Assembly: GCA_965250285.1 (NCBI GenBank)
Contig: OZ252299.1
Location: 5,632,001-5,696,000, forward strand
Source: Myxococcota bacterium
GTDB taxonomy: Bacteria; Myxococcota_A; UBA9160; UBA4427
Direction of reading: 5' to 3'
DNA length: 64,000 nucleotides
In this document: positions 49,937 through 59,704 of the stretch, piece after piece
Position numbering within the stretch: position 1 is the first letter of the stretch
Layout of the letters: each line of letters begins with the position of its first letter
Program-made: the position numbers and the translations under genes
The notes under the pieces: model-generated
What the model was told of the DNA's origin: nothing
The model's input: the letters and a program-made list of their open reading frames with translations, nothing else
Database searches by the model: none

Positions 49937-51070
49937 ATGTCGGCCTCTTCGGGTGTGGACCGCGATGCGTGGCTCGATGCAGTGGGCATCGTCGGTGCGC
50001 CCCTGCTTCAGCTGCTCGCCGACTTCGAGGCCGTCGCGCGTCATCTGCATCCGCCGGCGATCGCGGCGCTGCGGGAGCGGCTCACCCCGGACGTCGAAGC
50101 CCTGGCGGTGGCCGTCGACGCCTTCGCGGCGCTCTCGGTGCCCGAGGGCTTCGAAGGTCTCGCGGCCTGCCTGCGCGATGCGAGCGACGCTGCCCTCGAT
50201 GCGGGGCGAAGCTTCACCGACACCGGCGCGCCACACGATGCGATCGGGCGCGTCCTGGGCGCGATGCGGCGCCACGCCGAAGCGCAGGCGCTGCTGTTTC
50301 CGCTCGCCGATGTGTTGCCGCCCGTCCATCGATTCTTCCTCGAGCCGCCCGTGCGGGAGACTCTTCCTCTGCCGGCGCCCGTGGAGCGCGCCAATGCGGC
50401 CCCGGATGACGGTTCGGGTGTGGGACTCTTCCGCGCTGCGAACGGTTCCGATGAGCGAGGGGGTTTCAGCCTCTTCGTGCCCCCGCCGGTGGGCACCGCG
50501 CCGCGGCCGCTCGTCGTCGCCCTGCACGGCGGCAGCGGGCATGGCGCCGAGTTCATCTGGACCTGGCTGCGTGAGGCACGTTCACGCGGCTTTCTCTTGC
50601 TCGCACCGACCTCGTTGCGCACCACCTGGTCGCTCAGCGCCGAAGACGAGGACGGTCCCAACCTCTTGCGACAGCTCGAGTGGGTGACGCGCCGCTGGTC
50701 GATCGACCCCGATCGCCTGCTGCTCACCGGGCTCTCGGATGGCGCGACGTACACGCTGCTTCACGGTCTCGGCGACGGCACGCCCTGGAGCGCGCTGGCG
50801 CCGGTCTCGGGCGTCTTCCATCCGTTCAACTTCGTCAACGGCAACGTCGAGCGCGCACGCGGCCGTCGGATCCATCTCGTGCACGGCGCGCTCGACTGGA
50901 TGTTCCCGGTGGCGACGGCGCGCGAAGCGGCCACGGTGCTCGAAGAGGCCGGGGCCGATCTCGTCTATCGCGAGATCGACGACCTCTCGCATGCGTATCC
51001 GCGCGAAGAGAACGCGCACATCCTCGACTGGTTCGATCCGTCGCTGGCGCTCGAGCGTCCCGGCGACTGA
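49937..51070 (+). CDS. Alpha/beta hydrolase (phospholipase/carboxylesterase-like) with an N-terminal helical domain
   Basis: LVVALHGGSG, nucleophile elbow GLSDG, HGALD and SHAY. Confidence 0.85.
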   Translation: MSASSGVDRDAWLDAVGIVGAPLLQLLADFEAVARHLHPPAIAALRERLTPDVEALAVAVDAFAALSVPEGFEGLAACLRDASDAALDAGRSFTDTGAPHDAIGRVLGAMRRHAEAQALLFPLADVLPPVHRFFLEPPVRETLPLPAPVERANAAPDDGSGVGLFRAANGSDERGGFSLFVPPPVGTAPRPLVVALHGGSGHGAEFIWTWLREARSRGFLLLAPTSLRTTWSLSAEDEDGPNLLRQLEWVTRRWSIDPDRLLLTGLSDGATYTLLHGLGDGTPWSALAPVSGVFHPFNFVNGNVERARGRRIHLVHGALDWMFPVATAREAATVLEEAGADLVYREIDDLSHAYPREENAHILDWFDPSLALERPGD

Positions 51071-51080
51071 CCTGCGCATT

Positions 51081-51156
51081 CGCTCGAGGCGTCGCCTTTC
51101 GACGCTTGATCAGCGCTGACGCTCGAAGCGTCGCCTTTCGACGCTTGATCAGCGCT
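51081..51156. repeat. Tandem duplicated hairpin (39-bp period) at the convergent hydrolase/uvrA junction; possible terminator
   Basis: cgctcga(g/a)gcgtcgcctttcgacgcttgatcagcgct at 51081 and 51120, with stem a(g/a)gcgtcg/cgacgctt. Confidence 0.8.
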
Positions 51157-53986
51157 TGCGGCGACGCGCGACGAGCGGCTTGAGATAGCGGCCGGTGTGG
51201 GTGCCCTTCATGCGGGCCACCTGCTCGGGCGTGCCGGTCGCGACGATGCGTCCGCCATCTGGACCGCCGTCGGGACCGAGGTCGATCACCCAGTCGGCCG
51301 TCTTGATCACGTCGAGGTTGTGCTCGATCACGACGATCGTGTTGCCCGCTTCGACGAGCTCGTTCAGCACGGCGAGCAGCTTGCGCACGTCTTCGAAGTG
51401 CAGGCCGGTCGTCGGCTCGTCGAGGATGTACAGCGTGCGACCGGTGGCGCGCTTCGCGAGCTCGCGCGCGAGCTTGATGCGCTGAGCCTCGCCCCCCGAG
51501 AGCGTGGGCGAGGGCTGGCCGAGGTGCACGTAGTCGAGGCCGACGCGCTCGAGCAGGCGCAAGGGGCCTGCGATCTTCGGGTGGCTCTCGAACAGTTCGA
51601 GAGCCTCACGGACGGTCATCTCGAGCACGTCGGCGATCGAGTGGCCCTTGTACTGGATCGCGAGCGTGGCCTCGTTGAAGCGTCGCCCTTCGCACTCCTC
51701 GCACTTGACGAACACGTCGGCGAGAAAGTGCATCTCGATCTTGCGCACGCCGTCGCCCTCGCAGGCCTCGCAGCGACCGCCCTTCACGTTGAACGAGAAG
51801 CGGCCGGGCTTGTACCCGGCCACGCGCGCATCGGGCAACAGCGCGAAGAAGCTGCGGATCTCGTCGAACACCTTGATGTAGGTGGCGGGATTGCTGCGCG
51901 GCGTGCGGCCGATGGGCTTCTGATCGATGTCGATCACTTTGTCGAGCTGCCCGACGCCCGCGAGCCGCTTGTGGGCGCCCACTCGCTGGGTGCTCTCGGC
52001 GATGAGCTCCTTCGCCACGGCGGGGTAGACGATGTCGTTCACGAGCGTCGACTTGCCGGCACCCGAGACGCCCGTGACCGCCGTCAGGACGCCGAGCGGG
52101 ATCTCGATGTCGACGTTCTTCAGGTTGTTCTCGGTGGCGCCCTGCACCTTGAGTGCGCCGGTCGACGTGCGGCGCTCGCCGGGCACCTCGATCTCGCGTC
52201 GCCCCGACAGATACTGGCCCGTGAGGCTCTGCTTGCTGCGCTCGAGCTGCTTGGGCGTGCCATCGAAGACGATGTGGCCGCCCTGGATGCCGGCGCCCGG
52301 TCCGAAGTCGATCACGTGATCGGCGGCTCGAATCGTCTCTTCGTCGTGTTCGACGACGACGACCGTGTTGCCGATGTCACGCATGCGCTCGAGGGTCTCG
52401 AGCAATCGCTGGTTGTCGCGCTGGTGAAGGCCGATCGACGGTTCATCGAGGATGTAGATCACGCCGGTGAGCTCGCTGCCCACCTGACTCGCGAGTCGAA
52501 TTCGCTGGCTCTCGCCGCCCGAGAGCGTCGGGCCGGCGCGGTCGAGTGAGAGGTAGCCCAGACCGACGGCGCCGAGGAAGTCGAGGCGCGAGCGAATCTC
52601 CTTGAGCACCTCGGTGGCGATCTTGCGCGCCGCCCCCGTGAGCTTGAGACCGCCAAAGAAGCCGCGGGCGTCCTCGACGGTCATGGCCGACACGTCGACG
52701 AGGCTCTTCGATCCGATCAAGACCGAGGCGCTCTCGGTGCGCATCCGGCTGCCGCCGCAGGTGCTGCACTTCGTGTTCGCGATGAACTGCGAGTACCAGC
52801 GCTTCATCGACTCGCTCTTCGTATCCTTGAAGCGCCGCATCAGCCGGGGGATCACGCCCTCCCAACTCATGTCGAACTCACCGCGGCCGCTGCGGTTCTT
52901 CCAGCCGATCTTGAACTTTCGCTCACCCGACCCGAAGAGCAGCATGTCGCGCTTCGACTTCGGGATCTTCGACCACGCCTTGTGGGGATCGATCTTGAGC
53001 TGCTCGAGGATCTGCCGGCGCATACTCGCGCCCCAGCCCGTCTTCTCGCTGGTGTTCTCGCCCCAAGGCTTGACCGCGCCCGACTCGATCGACAGTGCGG
53101 CGTCGGGCACGATCAGCTCGGGGTCGAACTCGAAGCGCGTGCCCAGGCCGTTGCAGTCGGGGCACATGCCCTGGGGCGAGTTGAACGAAAATGCCTGGGG
53201 CGTGAGCTCGGGAAACGAGATCCCACAGTGGGTGCAGGCCGCGGCCTCGGTGAACGTCTGGTCTTCACCGTCGATGTGCGCGAGCAGGCTGCCCTTGCCG
53301 ATGCGCAGCGCGGTCTCGACCGACTCGGTGAGCCGTCGGCCGATGCCCGTGCGCACGACGATGCGATCGATCACGGCCTCGACGGTGTGCTTCTTGCGCT
53401 TGTCGAGCGCCTCGACGTCTTCGATCTCAACGATGTCGCCGTCGATGCGCAGCCGCACGTGTCCGGCGTGCCGCGCGTCGGCCAGCAACTCGCGGTGCTC
53501 GCCCTTGCGATTGACGAGCAGCGGCGCGAGCAGGATCACGCGCGTGCCGTCGCCGTTGCCCTGGAGCGTCTTGGCGATCTGCTGAGCGGTCTGCGCCTGC
53601 ACCTTGCGGCCACACTGATGACAGTGCTGCACGCCGACCCGCGCGTAGAGTACGCGCAGGTAGTCGGCGATCTCGGTGATGGTGCCGACGGTCGACCGTG
53701 GGTTGTTCGACGCGGTCTTCTGCTCGATCGAGATCGTGGGCGACAGGCCGCGAATCGTGTCGTAGCGCGGCTTCTCCATCTGGCCGAGGAACTGGCGGGC
53801 GTAGGCCGACAGGCTCTCGACGTAGCGGCGTTGCCCCTCGGCGTAGAGGGTGTCGAAGGCGAGCGACGATTTGCCCGAGCCCGAGACCCCGCACAGCACG
53901 ACGAGCTTCTTCTTGGGGATCTTCACTTCGACGTCGGCGAGGTTGTGCTCGCGGGCGCCCTTGATGTGGATGTGATCGAGCTCCAT
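51149..53986 (-). CDS. uvrA: Excinuclease ABC subunit A
   Basis: [33 protein letters not shown], zinc fingers, [21 protein letters not shown] and [12 protein letters not shown]. Confidence 0.98.
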   Translation of the reverse strand: MELDHIHIKGAREHNLADVEVKIPKKKLVVLCGVSGSGKSSLAFDTLYAEGQRRYVESLSAYARQFLGQMEKPRYDTIRGLSPTISIEQKTASNNPRSTVGTITEIADYLRVLYARVGVQHCHQCGRKVQAQTAQQIAKTLQGNGDGTRVILLAPLLVNRKGEHRELLADARHAGHVRLRIDGDIVEIEDVEALDKRKKHTVEAVIDRIVVRTGIGRRLTESVETALRIGKGSLLAHIDGEDQTFTEAAACTHCGISFPELTPQAFSFNSPQGMCPDCNGLGTRFEFDPELIVPDAALSIESGAVKPWGENTSEKTGWGASMRRQILEQLKIDPHKAWSKIPKSKRDMLLFGSGERKFKIGWKNRSGRGEFDMSWEGVIPRLMRRFKDTKSESMKRWYSQFIANTKCSTCGGSRMRTESASVLIGSKSLVDVSAMTVEDARGFFGGLKLTGAARKIATEVLKEIRSRLDFLGAVGLGYLSLDRAGPTLSGGESQRIRLASQVGSELTGVIYILDEPSIGLHQRDNQRLLETLERMRDIGNTVVVVEHDEETIRAADHVIDFGPGAGIQGGHIVFDGTPKQLERSKQSLTGQYLSGRREIEVPGERRTSTGALKVQGATENNLKNVDIEIPLGVLTAVTGVSGAGKSTLVNDIVYPAVAKELIAESTQRVGAHKRLAGVGQLDKVIDIDQKPIGRTPRSNPATYIKVFDEIRSFFALLPDARVAGYKPGRFSFNVKGGRCEACEGDGVRKIEMHFLADVFVKCEECEGRRFNEATLAIQYKGHSIADVLEMTVREALELFESHPKIAGPLRLLERVGLDYVHLGQPSPTLSGGEAQRIKLARELAKRATGRTLYILDEPTTGLHFEDVRKLLAVLNELVEAGNTIVVIEHNLDVIKTADWVIDLGPDGGPDGGRIVATGTPEQVARMKGTHTGRYLKPLVARRRKR

Positions 53987-54204
53987 GGCATCGAGAGTAG
54001 CGAGGGCGTCAAGGGGCGGGGCGCTCGTCGGCCGTCTGGTGACACGCCCGGGCAGTGGACCGACGCGGTCGTGTGCATCGACGTCGGGCCATCGGCGGCC
54101 CGATCTCGACGGGGCGCGCACGTCACCCCCGGAGGCGGGCCGGGATCTCCTATGCTCCGACTCCGCCCATCCGTCACCCGCTGCCGCCGAGGGAGACCGA
54201 ACCA

Positions 54205-55458
54205 TTGGACGAGATCCAGCGCTGGATCGCCGAGATTCTGAGCCCGCTCGCCGCGCAGCTGGGGCCGATCTCCCTGCTGCTCGTGGCTTCGGCGGTCGTC
54301 TACCTCGCGACCCGCATCTGGCTGGTGCGCGCGGTGCGTCGCCTGACGCGCATGACCTCGACGACCTGGGACGACGCGCTCGTCGAGCAGAGGGTCTTCC
54401 TGCGGCTCGCGCACGTCGCGCCCGCCTGGGTCATCTACTACTGGCTCCCGACCATCGACAACCTGCCCGAGGAGTTCGTCGCCCTCGTCGAGCGGTTCAT
54501 GGTCGCCGCGATGGTCGTCATCGTGATCACGACGATTTCAGCGCTCCTCGACGTCACCAACGAGATCTATAGCCGAAACCCCGAGTACCGAAGGCGCCCG
54601 ATCAAGGGCTACGTCCAGCTCGCGAACATCTTCCTCTACGCGCTGGCGGCGATCTCGGTCGTCTCGATCCTGCTGAACAAGTCGCCGCTGGTCTTCATCT
54701 CGGGCATCGGTGCGATGACCGCGGTGCTGCTGCTGATCTTCAAGGACACGATCCTCTCGCTCGTGGCCAGCGTGCAGATCGCGACCAACGACATGATCCA
54801 CGTGGGCGACTGGGTCGAGATGCCGCAGTGCGGTGCCGACGGGGACGTCATCGACATCGCCCTGCACACCGTCAAGATCCAGAACTGGGACAAGACGATC
54901 ACGACCGTCCCTACCCACCGATTCATCGAGGAGGGGTTCAAGAACTGGCGGGGCATGTCGAAATCGGGCGGGCGCCGCATCAAGCGCGCCGTGCAGATCG
55001 ACATCTCGTCGATCCGATTCCTCGAGAAGGACGAGATCGATCGATTCGAGAAGTGGTCGCAGCTGCGCGACTACATCGCCGAGAAGAAGCGCGAGCTGGC
55101 CGAGCACAACGCGGACCTCGAGGACGGGGGCACCCCGAAGGCCGATCTGCGGCTGCTCACCAACGTCGGCACGTTCCGCGCCTACGTCTTCAACTTTCTG
55201 AAGCACCACCCCAAGATTCACGATCACGGCTTCACGCTGATCGTCCGCCAGCTGGAGCCCGGCGCCCAGGGCCTGCCGATCGAGCTGTATTGCTTCAGCA
55301 ACGATCAGGACTGGGAGCGCTACGAAGGCATCCAGAGCGACATCTTCGACCACATCCTGGCGATCCTGCCCGAGTTCGGGCTGCGCGCCTACCAGGCCCC
55401 GACCGGGGCCGACTTCGCCGCGCTCGCCGGCCGTATGGGAGGCGCCGGGCATGGCTGA
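54205..55458 (+). CDS. Mechanosensitive channel, MscS family (YbdG-like)
   Basis: PIKGYVQL, GAMTAVLLLIFKDTIL, GDWVEMP, VKIQNWDKT, SGGRRIKR and TNVGTFRAY. TTG start. Confidence 0.93.
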   Translation: MDEIQRWIAEILSPLAAQLGPISLLLVASAVVYLATRIWLVRAVRRLTRMTSTTWDDALVEQRVFLRLAHVAPAWVIYYWLPTIDNLPEEFVALVERFMVAAMVVIVITTISALLDVTNEIYSRNPEYRRRPIKGYVQLANIFLYALAAISVVSILLNKSPLVFISGIGAMTAVLLLIFKDTILSLVASVQIATNDMIHVGDWVEMPQCGADGDVIDIALHTVKIQNWDKTITTVPTHRFIEEGFKNWRGMSKSGGRRIKRAVQIDISSIRFLEKDEIDRFEKWSQLRDYIAEKKRELAEHNADLEDGGTPKADLRLLTNVGTFRAYVFNFLKHHPKIHDHGFTLIVRQLEPGAQGLPIELYCFSNDQDWERYEGIQSDIFDHILAILPEFGLRAYQAPTGADFAALAGRMGGAGHG

Positions 55459-56194
55459 GCTCGACCTCACGGGCAAGGTGGCCGTCGTGACCGGCGCCAG
55501 CCGCGGCATCGGCGCCGATCTGGCCCGGCGATTCCACGCGCGCGGTCTCTCCCTCGGCGTCTGCGCGCGCTCGCAGCCGGTGCTCGAGGACAACGATCAC
55601 GTGGTCTCGCGCTCGGTCGACGTCACTGACGAGACGGCCTTCACACGTTTCGCCGAAGAGGTGGCCGCGCGCTTCGGCGCCATCGACCTGTGGGTGAACA
55701 ACGCGGGCGTGCTCGCGCCGATCAAACCCCTGCGCGACATCGACGCCGCGGCCTTTCGTGCGCATGTCGACGTCAACCTGACCGGCGTCTTCATCGGCGC
55801 ACGGCTCTACGCCCAGCACGTCCGTTCGCGCGCGGGGGGCGGTGTGCTGATCAACGTCTCGTCGGGCGCTGCGGTGAATCCGTACGAAGGCTGGGGACCG
55901 TACTGCGCGGGCAAGGCCAGCCTCGAGATGCTGACCCGGGTGCTCGCCATGGAGGAGCGCGCCGCCGGGCTGCGCGCCCACGCGGTCGCGCCCGGCGTCG
56001 TCGACACCGACATGCAGACGCAGATTCGGGAGAGCACGCAGGCGAACTTTCCGCGCGTCGAGCGCTTTCGGCAGCGCAAGCGCGAGGGCGCGTTCAACAC
56101 CGGGCGCTACGTCGCCGACGAGCTGCTCGCGATCGCGTTCGACCCGGCCCGGGAAACCGACGACGTCCCGCTGCGGCTCGAGGACGAGTACTGA
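55451..56194 (+). CDS. Short-chain dehydrogenase/reductase
   Basis: TGASRGIG, VNNAG, SSGAA, YCAGK and PGVVDTDMQ. Confidence 0.93.
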   Translation: MAELDLTGKVAVVTGASRGIGADLARRFHARGLSLGVCARSQPVLEDNDHVVSRSVDVTDETAFTRFAEEVAARFGAIDLWVNNAGVLAPIKPLRDIDAAAFRAHVDVNLTGVFIGARLYAQHVRSRAGGGVLINVSSGAAVNPYEGWGPYCAGKASLEMLTRVLAMEERAAGLRAHAVAPGVVDTDMQTQIRESTQANFPRVERFRQRKREGAFNTGRYVADELLAIAFDPARETDDVPLRLEDEY

Positions 56195-56244
56195 CGCGCG
56201 GTCGTTCGGTGCTCGATTCGAGCGCCGCCCCATGGATCGGGCTC

Positions 56245-56283
56245 GAAACGAAGACGCGCCCCACGGGAAGCCCGGGGGCGCGT
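56245..56283 (-). terminator. Rho-independent terminator downstream of the histone-like gene (possibly bidirectional)
   Basis: Hairpin acgcgcccc-(a)cggg-aag-cccg-ggggcgcgt; the minus strand continues cttcgtttc. Confidence 0.7.
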
Positions 56284-56409
56284 TCTCGAATGGTCGGACC
56301 GGGCGGCGGCTTCGGTGAGGCGCCTGCGGCGTGCTTCGCCGGTCCGGCCGCCGATGCCCCTGGGCCCACCGGCCCGATCAGCCGGAGGCGCGAGGGCTTC
56401 GGTGCTGGC

Positions 56410-56598
56410 TCACGGCACGTCGCGGTCGAGTACGGTCTTGCGTCCGTCGCTGCGCGCGCTCTCGATGGCCTCGTTGCACATCGTTCGGATGCGATCGGAC
56501 AGCGCGCCGAGCACCGACGCGGACGTCTTCATGTCGCCCTGCTCCTTGATGTACGCCTTCACCTTCGATGCGACCACGATCACTTCTGAATCGGCCAT
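56410..56598 (-). CDS. Bacterial histone-fold protein (Bd0055/HBb-like), 62 aa
   Basis: MADSEVIVVASKVKAYIKEQGDMKTSASVLGALSDRIRTMCNEAIESARSDGRKTVLDRDVP. It has the histone L2 motif RKTVxxRD and an AGGGGG RBS, and is the 3' part of the 150-aa ORF in the track. Confidence 0.9.
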   Translation of the reverse strand: MADSEVIVVASKVKAYIKEQGDMKTSASVLGALSDRIRTMCNEAIESARSDGRKTVLDRDVP

Positions 56599-56929
56599 TC
56601 GGTCGAACCCCCCTATCGTGTTCGATCGGGCTCGCACCCGATCGGCTGACCAGACCAGGGATCGCGCCCCGGCCGGGTGACGCCTCAGCGAACGCGCAGG
56701 CTCGCACCGGCGATCCTGCGCGTGCGCGGCACGGCCGTGCAGATCACGGCCCGCCCGCCCCCGCTCCAGACCCGTCTCGCACCCGCCTCTTCGCTTTGGC
56801 CGCTCGCAGGCCGCTTGGAGACCAGGAGATCGAGGCCCTGCTGGAGCGGGCTCTCGTCCCATGAGAATGCACTAGATCGCCCGAAACGCAATCGAGAAGG
56901 GTTTCACGGTGACACGAGAGTGCGGCAGA

Positions 56930-58207
56930 ATGGGGCAGATGCCCCACGATCAAGTCGAGAATCATCGGGTCGGAGACGCATCGGCGTCGGTCACGCTCTG
57001 CGGCGCGACGGTGTGGGACGGCGTCGGCGACCGGCCCACCCCCGAACCCCGCCGGGTGCGGGTCGAGCAGGGCCGCATCGCGGCCGTCGAGGCCGAGTCG
57101 CACGCGCCCGGCGGAGCGAGCCCGGGCGACGGCGAGACCGTCGACCTCGGTGGCTTGTTTCTGATGCCCGGGCTGATCGACGCGCACGTGCATCTGGGCC
57201 TCGACCCGACGATCCGCACTCCCGACGAACAGCTCGCGGTCGCCGAAACCGACCGACGGCTGCGCGCGATCGGTCGCGCGCGGGCGATGGCCGAGGCCGG
57301 CATCACCACGGCGCGCGATCTCGGCGGCGGCGACTACCTCGAGCTCGACCTGCGCGACGGCATCGCCGAAGGACGCGTCGTCGGCCCGCGCGTGCTGTGC
57401 GCCGGACAGCCGCTCACGCGACCCGACGGACACTGTCACTTCTGGGGCGGTGGCGCGGCCACACCCGAACAGGCCCGCACGGTGGTCGCCCGCCAGCTCG
57501 ACCGCGGTGTCGACTGGGTCAAGGTGATGGCGACGGGCGGTGTATTCACGAAGGGCACGAGTGTGCGCGATACCCAGTTCGATGCCGACGAACTCACGGC
57601 GGTCTGCGCTCAGGCCAAAGCCGCCGGCCGCTCGGTGGCGGCGCACTGCCATGGCACGGCGGGCATCCGCAATGCGGCGGTGGGCGGCGTGCGCACCATC
57701 GAACACTGCTCGTTCGTCGGCGACCAGGGCTTTGGCAGCGATCTCGACGCCGACGTCGTCGCCGAGATCGCGCGGGCGGGCGCGATCGTGTCGCCGACGA
57801 TGAACCTCGGTTGGGGACGTCGTCTCACCGACGCCGACGGTCGCGCGACCGACTTCTTCACGCGGATGTCCGCGGCCATGCGGGCCCTGCGCCAGGCCGG
57901 CGTGCCGCTGATCGCTTCGACGGACGCAGGGATCCCCGGTGTCGCCCACCACCGGCTGGCCGAGGGGCTGCTCGCCTTTCAGCGCTACGCGGCGTTCACA
58001 CCGGTCGAGCTGCTTCGAACGGCGACCAGCGGTGCCGCCGACGCGCTCGGGCTCGGCCGAGCAACGGGGCGGATCGCGCCCGGGCTTGCGGCCGACTGCA
58101 TCGCGGTGCGACGCGACCCAACGGTCGACCCGACGACGCTGCTCGATCCGGTCTTCGTCATGACGCGCGGGCGCATCGTGAAGCAGGCGACGCCGCAGGC
58201 GGCATGA
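56930..58207 (+). CDS. Metal-dependent amidohydrolase (prolidase-like subgroup)
   Basis: MPGLIDAHVH, GITTARDLG, VKVMATGG, VAAHCHG, IEH, STDAG and GRIAPG. Confidence 0.92.
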   Translation: MGQMPHDQVENHRVGDASASVTLCGATVWDGVGDRPTPEPRRVRVEQGRIAAVEAESHAPGGASPGDGETVDLGGLFLMPGLIDAHVHLGLDPTIRTPDEQLAVAETDRRLRAIGRARAMAEAGITTARDLGGGDYLELDLRDGIAEGRVVGPRVLCAGQPLTRPDGHCHFWGGGAATPEQARTVVARQLDRGVDWVKVMATGGVFTKGTSVRDTQFDADELTAVCAQAKAAGRSVAAHCHGTAGIRNAAVGGVRTIEHCSFVGDQGFGSDLDADVVAEIARAGAIVSPTMNLGWGRRLTDADGRATDFFTRMSAAMRALRQAGVPLIASTDAGIPGVAHHRLAEGLLAFQRYAAFTPVELLRTATSGAADALGLGRATGRIAPGLAADCIAVRRDPTVDPTTLLDPVFVMTRGRIVKQATPQAA

Positions 58208-58316
58208 CGCGCACGGCGCGGGCCGGGCGCCGCTCGGGCGCGCGCGCTCGGCGAGCCCGTGCAGGCGCCCGAATCACCCCTGAACGGATGCGCCGCGCAG
58301 GGCAGGCGCCGGCGAT

Positions 58317-58814
58317 TCAGCGCGCAGCCGCCGCGTGGGCGCCCCGCTCGATGTAGCGCCGCACGGGCAGCGCCAGGTCGGCCAGGTCGATCTGGTCGCG
58401 CCGGCGGAACCCGGCCCAGGCGATCTCCCGTTCGTCGGCGCGCGGCACCACGCGTTCGGCCTGATCGAGGGCCACGTCGAAGAAGTGCACGTGGTCGCGC
58501 CGGCCGAGGTACTCGACCTCGAACGCGTCCACGGGCACGAAGCGCGTCGCATCGAGATCGAGCCCGACCTCCTCGCGGGTTTCGCGACGAGCGGCCGCCT
58601 GGGGCGACTCGCCGCGGCCGATGCCGCCGCCGGGTAGAGTCAGGCCGCCCTTGTACGTATTGGTCACGAAGAGCCAGGCCTCGTTGGGTGAGCCGGCGTC
58701 GCGACGGATCACGGCGTAGGCGCCCGAGACGCTGGGGCGCGTCACGCGCCAGAACACGTGGGCGAAGGGGAAGGCGAGTCGCAGCGCCGATCGGTGGAGC
58801 AGGGCGGGGATCAC
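58317..58814 (-). CDS. NUDIX hydrolase
   Basis: Nudix box LPGGGIGRGESPQAAARRETREEVGL. Confidence 0.9.
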   Translation of the reverse strand: MIPALLHRSALRLAFPFAHVFWRVTRPSVSGAYAVIRRDAGSPNEAWLFVTNTYKGGLTLPGGGIGRGESPQAAARRETREEVGLDLDATRFVPVDAFEVEYLGRRDHVHFFDVALDQAERVVPRADEREIAWAGFRRRDQIDLADLALPVRRYIERGAHAAAAR

Positions 58815-58909
58815 GCGTGTCGCCCCCCTTGGTGCAGCTGTCGCTCGCGCTGCGTCGGGTGGTCGCTCATCGCCGCGCAGGTCGGCCGCGTTCGGCGCGG
58901 ACCGCTGGC

Positions 58910-59587
58910 TCAGCCGAACGCGGACATCGAGGCGAGCCGCTGCGTCACGAACGCGTCGATGGAATCACGGACGGCGTCGGACGTCGAGTCGAAGACGAGC
59001 CCGGCGCCTTCGCCGGTCCGCCCGACGCAGGATGCGCGCGCGTGCACGGGCTCGCTGCCGGGCAGGGCGAACTCGACGTTGATCTTCGTGCCCGGCTCGA
59101 TGCGCTCGTCGTCCCGCACATGGCAGCCGTGGATCGAGAGCGAGTCGAGCTGGGCGACGAATCGCTCACCGCCGTGGGCGATGCGCGCGACCAGCTCGGT
59201 CGGCACCCGCGGCGCGCCGCGCGGGGTCGACTCGAGGGCGCGCTGCAGCATGGGGTAGAGCAGGGAGAGCCGAACCGGGCGGAGCAGCTGGCCGACGATG
59301 CGCGGGTCGTCCTTGGGGCGCGGCTCGGCGCCCGTGACAACCACGATGGGCGTGTCGGGGTCGACGCTCGGCGGCGGAAGCCGCTCGAGGTGTCGATCGC
59401 CGACGAGCCGGATGCTCGGATCGAACGTCGGATCGTCGAAGCGGCCGACGAACGCAGCCTGAACGACGTCGTAGCCGAGGCCACCGAGGGCGGCGCGGGT
59501 CAGCCGGCTGAAGCTCTGCGGATCGACGTAGCTGGCGATGATTCCGCGTTCGGCGGTACGGTCGTCGTTGATCATGTCCGTTCTCAT
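58910..59587 (-). CDS. PilZ-domain protein with a degenerate receiver-like N-terminus
   Basis: PRGAPRV (RxxxR), SLSIHG (D/NxSxxG variant) and GAGLVF. Start at 59587 or 59575. Confidence 0.8.
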   Translation of the reverse strand: MRTDMINDDRTAERGIIASYVDPQSFSRLTRAALGGLGYDVVQAAFVGRFDDPTFDPSIRLVGDRHLERLPPPSVDPDTPIVVVTGAEPRPKDDPRIVGQLLRPVRLSLLYPMLQRALESTPRGAPRVPTELVARIAHGGERFVAQLDSLSIHGCHVRDDERIEPGTKINVEFALPGSEPVHARASCVGRTGEGAGLVFDSTSDAVRDSIDAFVTQRLASMSAFG

Positions 59588-59704
59588 CGGCCGGTTGCGG
59601 TCGAGCTTGACCTGCTTGCCGGTGCATTCCACGAATCTCGCTGGCCTTGCGAATATCGAGCAGGTGATCGAGGGCTTTTGCCCACGAGTCAGGAGGCGAA
59701 CGTC

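Noticed and set aside
56599..56862. N-terminal 88 aa of the 150-aa ORF 56410-56862
   Set aside because: The RBS and histone homology begin at the ATG at 56598, and the upstream part looks non-coding.
58259..59704. N-terminal extension of the 799-aa ORF ending at 60658
   Set aside because: It overlaps the NUDIX and PilZ genes on the minus strand. The GluQ-like domain starts at GTG 59705 after AGGAGG.
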